A stretch of DNA of 64,000 nucleotides, from assembly GCA_964016885.1 (NCBI GenBank), contig CAXHJY010000001.1, forward strand, positions 1 through 64,000, in the 5' to 3' direction. Both the position numbers and the translations under genes were made by a program. Origin of the DNA: Eledone cirrhosa. Its lineage: Eukaryota. The stretch's first letter is position 1. Every line of letters begins with the position of its first letter. This document shows, piece by piece, positions 48,501 to 64,000 of this stretch. A model generated the notes under the pieces. That model did not search any database. It was not told where the DNA came from and saw only the letters and a program-made list of their open reading frames with translations.

Positions 48501-51500
48501 ACTGAACAACCACTAGATACAACTGAAAAATCACTAGATACCACTGGACAACCACTAGATACCACTGAACAACCACAAGATACCACTAAACAACCACTAG
48601 ATACCACTGAACAACCACTAGATACCACTGAACTACCACTAGGTACTAACACTAAAGTACCACTAGATACCACTGAACAACTAGATACCACTAAACAACC
48701 ACTAGATACAACTGAACAACCACTATATACCACTAAACAACCACTATATACCACTAAACAACCACTAGATACCATTGGACAACCACTAGATACCACTAAA
48801 CTACCACTAAATACTACTGGACTACCACTAGATGCCACTAAACTACCACTAGATACCACTGGACAAACACTAGATTCCACTAAGCTACCACTGGATACCA
48901 CTAAACTACCACTAGATGCCACTATGTACCACTGGACAACCACTAGATACTACCACTAAACCACTACTAGATACTACCACTAAACCACCACTAGATACCA
49001 CTGAACAACCACAAGATACCACTAAACAACCACTTGATACCACTAAACTACCACTTGATACCACTAAACAACCACTAGATACCACTAAACAACCACAGAT
49101 ACCACTGAGCAACCACTAGATATCACTGAACAACCACTAGATATCACTGAACAACCACAGATACCACTGAACAACCACTCGGTATCACTAAACAACCACT
49201 AGATACCACTAAACAACCCCCTGATACCACTGATCTACCACTAGATACCACTGAACAGCCACTAGATACCACTGAACAGCCACTAGATACCACTGAACGA
49301 CCAATAGATACCACTGAACGACCACTAGATACCACTGAACCACCACTAGATACCACTGAACAACCACTAGATACCACTGAACAACCACTAGATACCACTG
49401 AACAACCACTAGATACCACTAAACAACCACTAGATACCACTAAATACCACTAGATACCACTGAACAACCACTAGATACCACTGAACAACCACTAGATGCA
49501 ACTGAACAACCAATAGATACCACTGAACAACCACTAGATACAACTGAACAACCACTAGATACTACCACTAAACAACCACTAGATACCACTGGACAACCAC
49601 TAGATACAACTGAACAACCACTTGATACCACTAAACAACCACTAGATACCACTGAAGAACCATTAGATACCGCTAAACAAACACTAGATACAACTGAACA
49701 ACCAATAGATACCACTGAACAACCAGTAGATACCACTGGACAACCACTAGATACCACTGAACAACCACTAGATACCACTGGACAACCACTAGATACAACT
49801 GAACAACCACTAGATACCACTGAACAACCACTAGATACCACTGAACAACCACTAGGTACCACTGCACAACCACTAGGTACCACTGAACAACCACCTGATA
49901 CCACTGAACAACTAGATACCACTAAACAACCACTAGAAACAACTGAACAACCACTATATTCCACTAAACAACCACTATATACCACTAAACAACCACTAGA
50001 TACTATTGGACAACCACTAGATACCACTAAACTACCACTAGATGCCACTAAACTACCACTAGATACCACTGGACAACCACTAGATGCCACTAAACTACCA
50101 CTAGATGCCACTAAACTACCACTAGATACCACTGGACAAACACTAGATTCCACTAAGCTACCACTGGATACCACTAAATACCACGGACAACCACTATGTA
50201 CCACTGGACAACCTCTAGATACTACCACTAAACCACCACTAGATACCACTAAACCACCACTAGATACCACTGAACAACCACAAGATACCACTAAACAACC
50301 ACTGAATACCAATAAACAACCACTAAATACCACTAAAGAACCACTAGATACCAATAAACAACCATTAGATACCACTAAACAACCACTAGATACCACTAAA
50401 CAAAAACTAGATACTATGACTAAACAACCACTAGATACCATTAAACAACCACTATATACCACTGAACAACCACTAGGTATCTCTGAACAACCACTAGATA
50501 CCACTAAACAAACACTAGATACCACTGGACAACCACTAGATACCATTGAACACCCATGAGATACCACTGAACAACCACTAGATACAACTGAACAACCACT
50601 AGATACCACTAAACAACCACTAGATACCACTGAACAACCACAAGATACCACTAAACAACCACTAGATACCACTAAACAACCACTAGATACCACTGAACAA
50701 CCACTAGATACCACTGAACAACCAATAGATACAACTGAACAACAACTAGATACCACTGAACAGCCACTAGCTACCACTGAACAACCACTAGGTACCACTG
50801 AACAATCACCTGATACCACTGAACTACCACTAGGTACTAACACTAAAGTACCACTAGATACCACTGAACAACTAGATACCACTAAACAACCACTATGTAC
50901 CACTGGACAACCACTTGATACTACCACTAAACCACCACTAGATACCACTGAACAACCACTACATACCACTGAACAACCACAAGATATCACTAAACAACCA
51001 CCTGATACCACTAAACAACCACCTGATACCACTGAACAGCCACTAGCTACCACTGAACAACCACTAGGTACCACTGAACAATCACCTGATAACACTGAAC
51101 TACCACTAGGTACTAACACTAAAGTACCACTAGATACCACTGAACAACTAGATACCACTAAACAACCACTAGAAACAACTGAAAAACCAGTAGATACAAC
51201 TGAACATCCACTATATACCACTAAACAACCACTATATACCACTAAACAACCACTATATACCACTAAACTACCACTAAATACTACTGGACTACCACTAGAT
51301 GCCACTAAACTACCACTAGATACCACTGGACAAACACTAGATTCCACTAAGCTACCACTGGATACCACTAAACTACCACTAGATGCCACTGTACAACCAC
51401 TAGATACTACCACTAAACCACTACTAGATACTACCACTAAACAACCACTTGATACCACTAAACAACCACTAGATACCACTAAACAACCACATATACCACT

Positions 51501-54500
51501 GAGCAACCACTAGATATCACTGAACTACCACTAGATATCACTGAACAACCACTAGATATCACTGAACAACCACTAGATATCACTGAACAACCACTAGATA
51601 TCACTGAACAACCACAGATACCACTGAACAACCACTAGGTATCACTAAACAACCACTAGATACCACTAAACAACCACCTGATACCACTGATCTACCACTA
51701 GATACCACTGAACAGCCACTAGATACCACTGAACAGCCACTAGATACCACTGAACAGCCACTAGATACCACTGAACGACCACCAGATACCACTGAACGAC
51801 CACCAGATACCACTGAACGACCACCAGATACCACTGAACGACCAATAGATACCACTGAACCACCACTAGATACCAGTGAACAACCACAATATACCACTGA
51901 ACAACCACTAGATACCACTGAACAACCACTAGATACCACTAAACAACCACTAAATACCACTGAACAACCACTAGATACCACTGAACAACCACTAGATGCA
52001 ACTGAACAACCAATAGATACCACTGAACAACCACTAGATACAACTGAACAACCACTAGATACTACCACTAAACAACCACTAGATACTGCCACTAAACAAC
52101 CACTAGATACCACTAAACAACCACTAGATACCACTGAAGAACCATTAGATACCGCTAAACAAACACTAGATACAACTGAACAACCAATAGATACCACTGA
52201 ACAACCACTAGATACAACTGAACAACCAGTAGATACCACTGGACAACCACTATATTCCACTAAACAACCACTATATACCACTAAACAACCACTAGATACC
52301 ATTGGACAACCACTAGATACCACTAGATGCCACTAAACTACCACTAGATACCACTGGACAACCACTAGATGCCACTAAACTACCACTAGATACCACTGGA
52401 CAAACACTAGATTCCACTAAGCTACCACTGGATACCACGGACAACCACTATGTACCACTGAACAACCACTAGACTACCACTAAACTACCACTAGATACCA
52501 CTGAACAACCACTAGATACCACTGAACAACCACTAGATACCACTAAACAACCACTAGATACCACTAAACAACCACAAGATACCACTAAACAACCATTAGA
52601 TACCACTAAACAACCACTAGATACCACTAAACAAAAACTAGATACTATGACTAAACAACCACTAGATACCACCGAACCACCACTAAATACCACTATACAA
52701 CCACTAGATACCACTGAACACCCACTCGGTACCACTGAACAACCACTAGATACCACTGAACAACCACTAGATATCACTAAACAACCACTAGATACCACTG
52801 AACAACCACTTGATATCACTGAGCAACCACTAGATATCACTGAGCAACCACTAGATACAACTGAACAACCACTAGATACCACTGAACAACCACTAGATAC
52901 CACTAAACAACCACTAGATACCACTAAACAACCACTAGATACCACTAAACATCCACTAAATATCCACTAGATACAACTAAACAACCACTAGATACCACTG
53001 GACAACCACTAGATACCACTGAACAACCAATAGATACCACTGAACAACCACTAGATACAACTGAACAACCAATAGATACCACTGAACAACCACTAGATAC
53101 AACTGAACAACCACTAGATACCACTAAACAACCGCTAGATACCACTGAAGAACTACTAGATACCACTAAACAATCACTAGATACCACTGAACAACCACTA
53201 GATACAACTGAACAAACACTAGATACCACTGGACAACCACTAGATACCACTAAACAACCACTAGATACCACTGAACAACCACTAGATACCACTGAACAAC
53301 CACTAGATACCAACAGCCACTAGCTACCACTGAACAGCCACTAGGTACCACTGAACAACCACCTGATACCACTGAACTACCACTAGATACTAACACTAAA
53401 GTACCACTAGATACTAACACTAAAGTACCACTAGATACCACTGAACAACTAGATACCACTAAACAACCACTAGAAACAACGGAAAAACCAGTAGATACAA
53501 CTGAACAATCACTATATACCACTAAACAATCACTATATACCACTAAACAACCACTAGATACCATTGGACAACCACTAGAGACCACTAAACTACCACTAGA
53601 TACCACTGGACTACAACTAGATGCCACTAAACTGCCACTAGATACCACTGGACAAACACTAGATTCCACTAAGCTACCACTGGATACCACTAAACTACCA
53701 CTAAATACCACAGACAACCACTAGATGCCACTAAACAACCACTATGTACCAATGGACAACCACTAGATACTACCACTAAACCACGACTAGATACCACTGA
53801 ACAACCACAAGATACCACTAAACAAACACTTGATACCACTAAACAACCACAAGATACCACTAAACAACCACTAGATACCACTAAACAACCACTAGATACC
53901 AATAAACAACCACTAGATACCACTGAACAACGACTAGATACCACTAAACAAAAACTAGATACTATGACTAAACAGCCACTAGATACCACTAAACAACCAC
54001 TATATACCGCTGAGCAACCACTAGATACCGCTGAACAACCACTCGGTACCACTGAACAACCACTTGATACCACTACAACCACTAGATACCATTGAACACC
54101 CACTAGATACCACTGAACAACAACTTTACAACCACTAGATACCACTGAACAACCACTATATACCGCTGAGCAACCACTAGGTTTCTCTGAACAACCACTA
54201 GATACCGCTGAACAACCACTCGGTACCACTGAACAACCACTTGATACCACTGTACAACCACTAGATACCATTGAACACCCACTAGATACCACTGAACAAT
54301 CACTTGATACCACTTTACAACCACTACATACCACTATACAACGACTAGATACCACTGAACAACCACTAGATACCACTGAACAACCACTAGATATCACTAA
54401 ACAACCACTAGATATCACTGAACACCCACTAGATACAACTGAACAACCACTAGATACAACTGAACAACCACTAGATACAACTGAACAACCACTAGATACC

Positions 54501-57500
54501 ACTGAACAACCACTAGATACCACGGAACAACCAGTAGATATCAATGATCAACCACAGATACCACTGAACAACCACTAGATATCACTGAACAACCACTAGA
54601 TATCACTGAACAACCACTAGATATCACTGAACAACCACAGATACCACTGAACAACCACTAGATATCACTAAACAACCACTAGATATCACTAAACAACCAC
54701 CTGATACGACTGATCTACCACTAGATACCACTGAACAGCCACTAGATACCACTGAACAGCCACTAGATACCACTGAACCACCACTAGATACCAGTGAACA
54801 ACCACAATATTCCACTGAACAACCACTAGATACCAGTGAACAACCACAATATACCACTGAACAACCACTAGATACCACTAAACAACCACTAGATACCACT
54901 AAATAACCACTAGATACAACTGAACAACCAATAGATACAACTGAACAACCAATAGATACCACTGAACAACCACTAGGTACCACTGAACAACCACCTGATA
55001 CCACTGAACTACCACTAGATACTAACACTAAAGTACCACTAGATACCACTGAACAACTAGATACCACTAAACAACCACAATATACCACTAAACGACCATT
55101 AGTTACCATTGGACAACCACTAGATACCACTAAACTACCACTGGATACCACTGGACAACCACTAGATTCCACTAAGCTACCACTGGATACCTCTAAATAC
55201 CACAGACAACCACTAGATGCCACTAAACAACCACTAGATGCCACTAAACAACCACTATGTACCACTGGACAACCACTAGAAACCGCTGAAAAACCACTCG
55301 GTACCACTGAAAAACCAATAGATACCATTGAACACCCACTAGATACCACTATACAACCACTAGATACCACTGAACAACCACTAGATACCACTGAACAACC
55401 ACTAGATACCACTGAACAACCACTAGATATCACTGAACAACCACTAGATACCACTGAACAACCACTAGATACCACTGAACAACGACTAGATATCACTAAA
55501 CAACCACAATATATCACTGAGCAACCACTAGATATCACTGAGCAACCACTAGATATGACTGAACAACCACTAGATACCACTAAACAAACACTAGATACCA
55601 CTAAACAACCACTAGATACCACTACACATCCACTAGATACCACTACACATCCACTAGATACCACTAAACAACCACTAGATACCACTGGACAACCAATAGA
55701 TACCACTGAACAACCAATAGATACCACTGAACAACCACTAGATACAACTGAACAACCAATAGATACCACTGAACAACCACTAGATACAACTGAACAACCA
55801 CTATATACTACCACTAAACAACCACTAGATACTACCACTAAACAACCAATAGATACCACTAAACAAACACTAGATACCACTGGACAACCACTAGATACCA
55901 TTGAACACCCACGAGATACCACTGAATAACCACTAGATACAACTGAACAACCACTAGATACCACTGGACAACCACTAGATACCACTGAACAACCACAAGA
56001 TACCACTAAACAACCACTAGATTCCACTGAACAACCACTAGATACCACTGAACAACTAGATACCACTAAACAACCACTAGAAACAACGGAAAAACCAGTA
56101 GATACAACTGAACAACCACTATATACCACTAAACAACCACTATATACCACTAAACAATCACTATATACCACTAAACAACCACTAGATACCATTGGACAAC
56201 CACTAGAGACCACTAAACTACCACTAGATACCACTGGACTACAACTAGATGCCACTAAACTGCCACTAGATACCACTGGACAAACACTAGATTCCACTAA
56301 GCTACCACTGGATACCACTAAACTACCACTAAATACCACAGACAACCACTAGATGCCACTAAACAACCACTATGTACCAATGGACAACCACTAGATACTA
56401 CCACTAAACCACGACTAGATACCACTGAACAACCACAAGATACCACTAAACAAACACTTGATACCACTAAACAACCACAAGATACCACTAAACAACCACT
56501 AGATACCACTAAACAACCACTAGATACCAATAAACAACAACTAGATACCACTGAAAAACGACTAGATACCACTAAACAAAAACTAGATACTATGACTAAA
56601 CAACCACTATATACCGCTGAGCAACCACTAGGTTTCTCTGAACAACCACTAGATACCGCTGAACAACCACTCGGTACCACTGAACAACCACTTGATACCA
56701 CTACAACCACTAGATACCATTGAACACCCACTAGATACCACTGAACAACCACTAGATACCACTGAACAACCACTATATACCGCTGAGCAACCACTAGGTT
56801 TCTCTGAACAACCACTAGATACCGCTGAACAACCACTCGGTACCACTGAACAACCACTTAATACCACTGTACAACCACTAGATATCACTGAACAACCACT
56901 AGATACCACTGAACAACCACTAGATATCACTAAACAACCACTAGATATCACTGAACACCCACTAGATATTACTGAACAACCACTAGATACAACTGAACAA
57001 CCACTAGATACAACTGAACAACCACTAGATACCACTGAACAACCACTAGATACCACGGAACAACCAGTAGATATCAATGATCAACCACAGATACCACTGA
57101 ACAACCACTAGATATCACTGAACAACCACAGATACCACTGAACAACCACTAGATATCACTAAACAACCACTAGATATCACTAAACAACCACTAGATACCA
57201 CTAAACAACCACCTGATACGACTGAACTACCACTAGATACCACTGAACAGCCACTAGATACCACTGAACCACCACTAGATACTAGTGAACAACCACAATA
57301 TACCACTGAACAACCACTAGATACCAGTGAACAACCACAATATACCACTGAACAACCACTAGATACCACTGAACAACCACTAGATACCACTAAACAACCA
57401 CTAGGTACCACTAAACAACCACTAGATACCACTAAATAACCACTAGATACAACTGAACAACCAATAGATACCACTGAACAACCACTAGGTACCACTGAAC

Positions 57501-60500
57501 AACCACCTGATACCACTGAACTACCACTAGATACTAACACTAAATTACCACTAGATACTAACACTAAAGTACCACTAGATACCACTGAACAACTAGATAC
57601 CACTAAACAACCACTATATACCACTAAACAACCACAATATACCACTAAACGACCACCAGATACCACTAAACTACCACTGGATACCACTGGACAACCACTA
57701 GATTCCACTAAGCTACCACTGGATACCACTAAATACCACAGACAACCACTAGATGCCACTAAACAACCACTATGTACCACTGGACAACCACTAGATACCG
57801 CTGAAAAACCACTCGGTACCACTGAACAACCAATAGATACCATTGAACACCCACTAGATACCAGTATACAACCACTAGATACCACTGAACAACCACTAGA
57901 TATCACTGAACAACCACTAGATATCACTGAACAACCACTAGATATCACTGAACAACCACTAGATATCACTGAACAACCACTAGATACCACTGAACAACCA
58001 CTAGATACCAGTGAACAACCACTAGATATCACTGAGCAACCACTAGATATGACTGAACAACCACTAGATACCACTAAACAAACACTAGATACAACTAAAC
58101 AACCACTAGATACCACTACACATCCACTAGATACCACTACACATCCAATAGATACCACTAAACAACCACTAGATACCACTGGACAACCAATAGATACCAC
58201 TGAACAACCAATAGATACCACTGAACAACCACTAGATACAACTGAACAACCAATAGATACCACTGAACAACCACTAGATACAACTGAACAACCACTATAT
58301 ACTACCACTAAACAACCACTAGATACTACCACTAAACAACCAATAGATACCACTAAACAAACACTAGATACCACTGGACAACCACTAGATACCATTGAAC
58401 ACCCACGAGATACCACTGAACAACCACTAAATACCATTGAACACCCACGAGATACCACTGAACAACCACTAGATACAACTGAACAACCACTAGATACCAC
58501 TGGACAACCACTAGATACCACTGAACAACCACAAGATACCACTAAACAACCACTAGATACCACTGGACAACCACTAGATACAGCTGAACAACCACTAGAT
58601 AGCACTGAACAACCACTAGATACCACTGAACAACCACTAGATACCACTGAACAGCCACTAGCTACCACTGAACAACCACTAGGTACCACTGAACAACCAC
58701 CTGATACCACTGAACTACCACTAGATACTAACACTAAAGTACCACTAGATACCACTGAACAACTAGATACCACTAAACAACCACTAGAAACAACGGAAAA
58801 ACCAGTAGATACAACTGAACAACCACTATATACCACTAAACAATCACTATATACCACTAAACAACCACTAGATACCATTGGACAACCACTAGAGACCACT
58901 AAACTACCACTAGATACCACTGGACTACCACTAGATGCCACTAAACTACCACTAGACAAACACTAGATTCCACTAAGCTACCACTGGATACCACTAAATA
59001 CCACGGACAACCACTAGATGCCACTAAACAACCACTATGTACCAATGGACAACCACTAGATACTACCACTAAACCACGACTAGATACCACTGAACAACCA
59101 CAAGATACCACTAAACAAACACTTGATACCACTAAACAAACACTTGATACCACTAAACAACCACTAGATACCACTAAACAACCACTAGATACCACTAAAC
59201 AACCACTAGATACCAATAAACAACCACTAGATACCACTAAACAAAAACTAGATACTATGACTAAACAACCACTATATACCGCTGAACAACCACTAGGTTT
59301 CTCTGAACACCCACTACATACCACTATATAACCACTAGATACCACTGAACAACCACTAGATATCGCTAAACAACCACTAGATATCACTGAACACCCACTA
59401 GATATCACTGAACACCCACTAGATATCACTGAACAACCACTAGATACAACTGAACAACCACTAGATACAACTGAACAACCACTAGATACCACTGAACAAC
59501 CACTAGATACCACGGAACAACCACTAGATATCACTGATCAACCACAGATACCACTGAACAACCACTAGATATCACTGAACAACCACAGATACCACTAAAC
59601 AACCACTAGATATCACTAAACAACCACCTGATACCACTAAACAACCACTAGATACCACTGAACAGCCACTAGATACCACTGAACAGCCACTAGATACCAC
59701 TGAACGACCACTGAACGACCACTAGATACCACTGAACGACCACTAGATACCACTGAACGACCACTAGATACCACTGAACCACCACTAGATACCAGTGAAC
59801 CACCACAATATACCACTGAACAACCACTAGATACCACTGAACAACCACTAGATACCACTGAACAACCACTACATACCACTAAAGAACCACTAGATGCCAC
59901 TAAACAACCACTAGATACCACTAAACAACCACTAGATACCACTAAACAACCACTATATACCACTAAACGACGACTAGATACCACTGGACAAACACTAGAT
60001 TCCACTAAGCTACCACTGGATACCACTAAACTACCACTAGATGCCACTATGTACCACTGGACAACCACTAGCTACTAGCACTAAACCACTACTAGATACT
60101 ACCACTAAACCACCACTAGATACCACTGAACAACCACAAGATACCACTAAACAACCACTTGATACCACTAAACAACCACTTGATACCACTAAACAACCAC
60201 TAGATACCACTAAACAACCACAGATACCACTGAGCAACCACTAGATATCACTGAACAACCACTAGATATCACTGAACAACCACTAGATATCACTGAACAA
60301 CCACAGATACCACTGAACAACCACTCGGTATCACTAAACAACCACTAGATACCACTAAACAACCCCCTGAAACCACTGATCTACCACTAGATACCACTGA
60401 ACAGCCACTAGATACCACTGAACAGCCACTAGATACCACTGAACGACCAATAGATACCACTGAACGACCACTAGATACCACTGAACCACCACTAGATATC

Positions 60501-63500
60501 ACTGAACAACCACTAGATACCACTGAACAACCACTAGATGCAACTGAACAAGCAATAGATACCACTGAACAACCACTAGATACAACTGAACAACCACTAG
60601 ATACTACCACTAAACAACCACTAGATACCACTGAACAACCACTAGATACCACTGGACAACCACTAGATACAACTGAACAACCACTAGATACCACTAAACA
60701 ACCACTAGATACCACTGAAGAACCATTAGATACCGCTAAACAAACACTAGATACAACTGAACAACCAATAGATACCACTGGACAACCACTAGATACCACT
60801 GGACAACCACTAGATACAACTGAACAACCACTAGATACCACTGAACAACCACTAGGTACCACTGAACAACCACTAGGTACCACTGAACAACCACCTGATA
60901 CCACTGAACAACTAGATACCACTAAACAACCACTAGAAACAACTGAACAACCAGTAGATACAACTGAACAACCACTATATTCCACTAAACAACCACTATA
61001 TACCACTAAACAACCACTAGATACTATTGGACAACCACTAGATACCACTAAACTACCACTAGATGCCACTGGACAACCACTAGATGCCACTAAACTACCA
61101 CTAGATGCCACTAAACTACCACTAGATACCACTGGACAAACACTAGATTCCACTAAGCTACCACTGGATACCACTAAATACCGTGGACAACCACTATGTA
61201 CCACTGGACAACCTCTAGATACTACCACTAAACCACCACTAGATACCACTGAACAACCACAAGATACCACTAAACAACCACTTGATACCACTAAACAACC
61301 ACTAGATACCACTAAACAACCACAAGATACCACTAAACAACCACTGAATACCAATAAACAACCACTAAATACCACTAAAGAACCACTAGATACCAATAAA
61401 CAACCATCAGATACCACTAAACAACCACTAGATACCACTAAACAAAAACTAGATACTATGACTAAACAACCACTAGATACCATTAAACAACCACTATATA
61501 CCGCTGAACAACCACTAGGTATCTCTGAACGACCACTAGATACCACTAAACAAACACTAGATACCACTGGACAACCACTAGATACCATTGAACACCCATG
61601 AGATACCACTGAACAACCACTAGATACAACTGAACAACCACTAGATACCACTGGACAACCACTATATACCACTGAACAACCACAAGATACCACTAAACAA
61701 CCACTAGATACCACTGAACAACCACTAGATACCACTGAACAACAACTAGATACCACTGAACAACCAATAGATACAACTGAACAACAACTAGATACCACTG
61801 AACAGCCACTAGCTACCACTGAACAACCACTAGGTACCACTGAACAATCACCTGATACCACTGAACTACCACTAGGTACTAACACTAAAGTACCACTAGA
61901 TACCACTGAACAACTAGATACCACTAAACAACCACTAGAAACAACTGAAAAACCAGTAGATACAACTGAAAAACCAGTAGATACAACTGAACATCCACTA
62001 TATACCACTAAACAACCACTATATACCACTAAACAACCACTAGATACCACTAAACTACCACTAAATACTACTGGACTACCACTAGATGCCACTAAACTAC
62101 CACTAGATACCACTGGACAAACACTAGATTCCACTAAGCTACCACTGGATACCACTAAACTACCACTAGATGCCACTATGTACCACTGGACAACCACTAG
62201 ATACTACCACTAAACCACTACTAGATACTACCACTAAACCACCACTAGATACCACTGAACAACCACAAGATACCACTAAACAACCACTTGATACCACTAA
62301 ACAACCACTAGATACCACTAAACAACCACATATACCACTGAGCAACCACTAGATATCACTGAACAACCACTAGATATCACTGAACAACCACAGATACCAC
62401 TGAACAACCACTAGGTATCACTAAACAACCACTAGATACCACTAAACAACCACCTGATACCACTGATCTACCACTAGATACCACTGAACAGCCACTAGAT
62501 ACCACTGAACGACCACCAGGTACCACTGAACGACCACCAGGTACCACTGAACGACCACCAGATACCACTGAACCACCACTAGATACCAGTGAACAACCAC
62601 TATATACCACTGAACAACCACTAGATACCACTGAACCACCACTAGATACCACTAAACAACCACTAAATACCACTGAACAACCACTAGATACCACTGAACA
62701 ACCACTAGATAGCACTGAACAACCAATAGATACCACGGAACAACCAATAGATACCACTGAACAACCACTAGATACAACTGAACAACCACTAGATACTACC
62801 ACTAAACAACCACTAGATACTGCCACTAAACAACCACTAGATACCACCAAACAACCACTAGATACCACTGAAGAACCATTAGATACCGCTAAACAAACAC
62901 TAGATACAACTGAACAACCAATAGATACCACTGAACAACCACTAGATACAACTGAACAACCAGTAGATACCACTGGACCACCACTAGATACCACTGGACA
63001 ACCACTAGATACAACTGGACAACCACTAGATACAACTGGACAACCACTAGATACAACTGAACAACCACTAGATACCACTGAACAACCACTAGATACAACT
63101 GAACAACCACTAGATACCACTAAACAAACACTAGATACCACTGGACAACCACTAGATACCATTGAACACCCACTAGATACCACTGAACAACCACTAGATA
63201 CAACTGAACAATCACTAGATACCACTGGACAACCACTAGATACCACTGAACAACCACAAGATACCACTAAACAACCACTAGATACCACTGAACAACCACT
63301 AGATAACACTGAACAACCACTAGATACCACTGGACAACCACTAGATATAACTGAACAACAACTAGATACCACTGAACAGCCACTAGATACCACTGAACAA
63401 CCACTAGATACCACTGAACTGCCACTAGCTACCACTGAACAACCACTAGGTACCAATGAACAATCACCTGGTACCACTGAACTACCACTATGTACTAACA

Positions 63501-64000
63501 CTAAAGTACCACTAGATACCACTGAACAACTAGATACCACTAAACAACCACTAGAAACAACTGAAAAACCAGTAGATACAACTGAACAACCACTATATAC
63601 CACTAAACAACCACTATATACCACTAAACAACCACTAGATACCATTGGACAACCACTAGATACCACTAAATACTACTGGACTACCACTAGATGCCACTAA
63701 ACTACCACTAGATACCACTGGACAAACACTAGATTCCACTAAGCTACCACTGGATGCCACTAAACTACCACTAGATGCCACTATGTACCACTGGACAACC
63801 ACTAGATACTACCACTAAACCACTACTAGATACTACCACTAAACCACCACTAGATACCACTGAACAACCACAAGATACCACTAAACAACCACTTGATACC
63901 ACTAAACAACCACTAGATACCACTAAACAACCACAAGATACCACTAAACAACCACTGAATACCAATAAACAACCACTAAAGAACCACTAGATACCAATAA
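21588..64000. repeat. 21-bp satellite array, consensus CAACCACTAGATACCACT(G/A)AA, about 2,000 units, continuing past the window end
   Basis: Uninterrupted head-to-tail array with no TE insertion seen. Plus frame reads QPLDTT(E/K) and one minus frame reads (S/L)VVSSGC. Contains 18- and 24-bp variants, 10/11-bp slips and higher-order repeats. Confidence 0.97.

Noticed and set aside
21551-63990. Minus-strand (S/L)VVSSGC and VVQWYL ORFs as a Cys/Ser-rich structural protein
   Set aside because: They follow automatically from a 21-bp unit, break frame every 0.2-2 kb, mostly start at non-ATG codons, and have no signal peptide or unique domain.
21588-64000. Array as a telomeric repeat
   Set aside because: It is strand-skewed but has no TTAGGG/TTAGG-type unit or G-runs. 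Its heterogeneity and higher-order duplications fit recombination-driven satellite, not telomerase synthesis.

Overview
Eukaryotic, AT-rich, essentially gene-free repeat window. The retroelement tails and MITE ends resemble those of Octopus-type cephalopod genomes; this is an inference, not verified. Positions 1-21.5 kb are a pile-up of mobile elements. These are an 88-bp hAT-type MITE, a young 5'-truncated CR1-group LINE with an uninterrupted RT ORF, a Penelope-like element (GIY-YIG C-terminus, inverted duplication and a minus-strand type I hammerhead ribozyme), three RTE-clade LINE copies, and a 118-bp perfect palindrome carrying a truncated hammerhead-like motif. These retroelements all sit in or against very long (TA)n tracts. 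Further right are a hAT element with a perfect 8-bp TSD hosting a nested non-autonomous Helitron, a decayed R4/Dong-like LINE, a piggyBac-type MITE and several minisatellites (29, 37, 41, 52 bp). From about 21,588 to the window end (over 42 kb) lies a 21-bp satellite, CAACCACTAGATACCACT(G/A)AA. It is built from 10+11-bp half-units, has nested higher-order repeats (about 0.8, 1.34, 2.5, 4.33 and 11 kb) and two sequence sub-domains. Most ORFs in the supplied track are translations of simple repeats. No host protein-coding gene, tRNA, rRNA or CRISPR array is supported.
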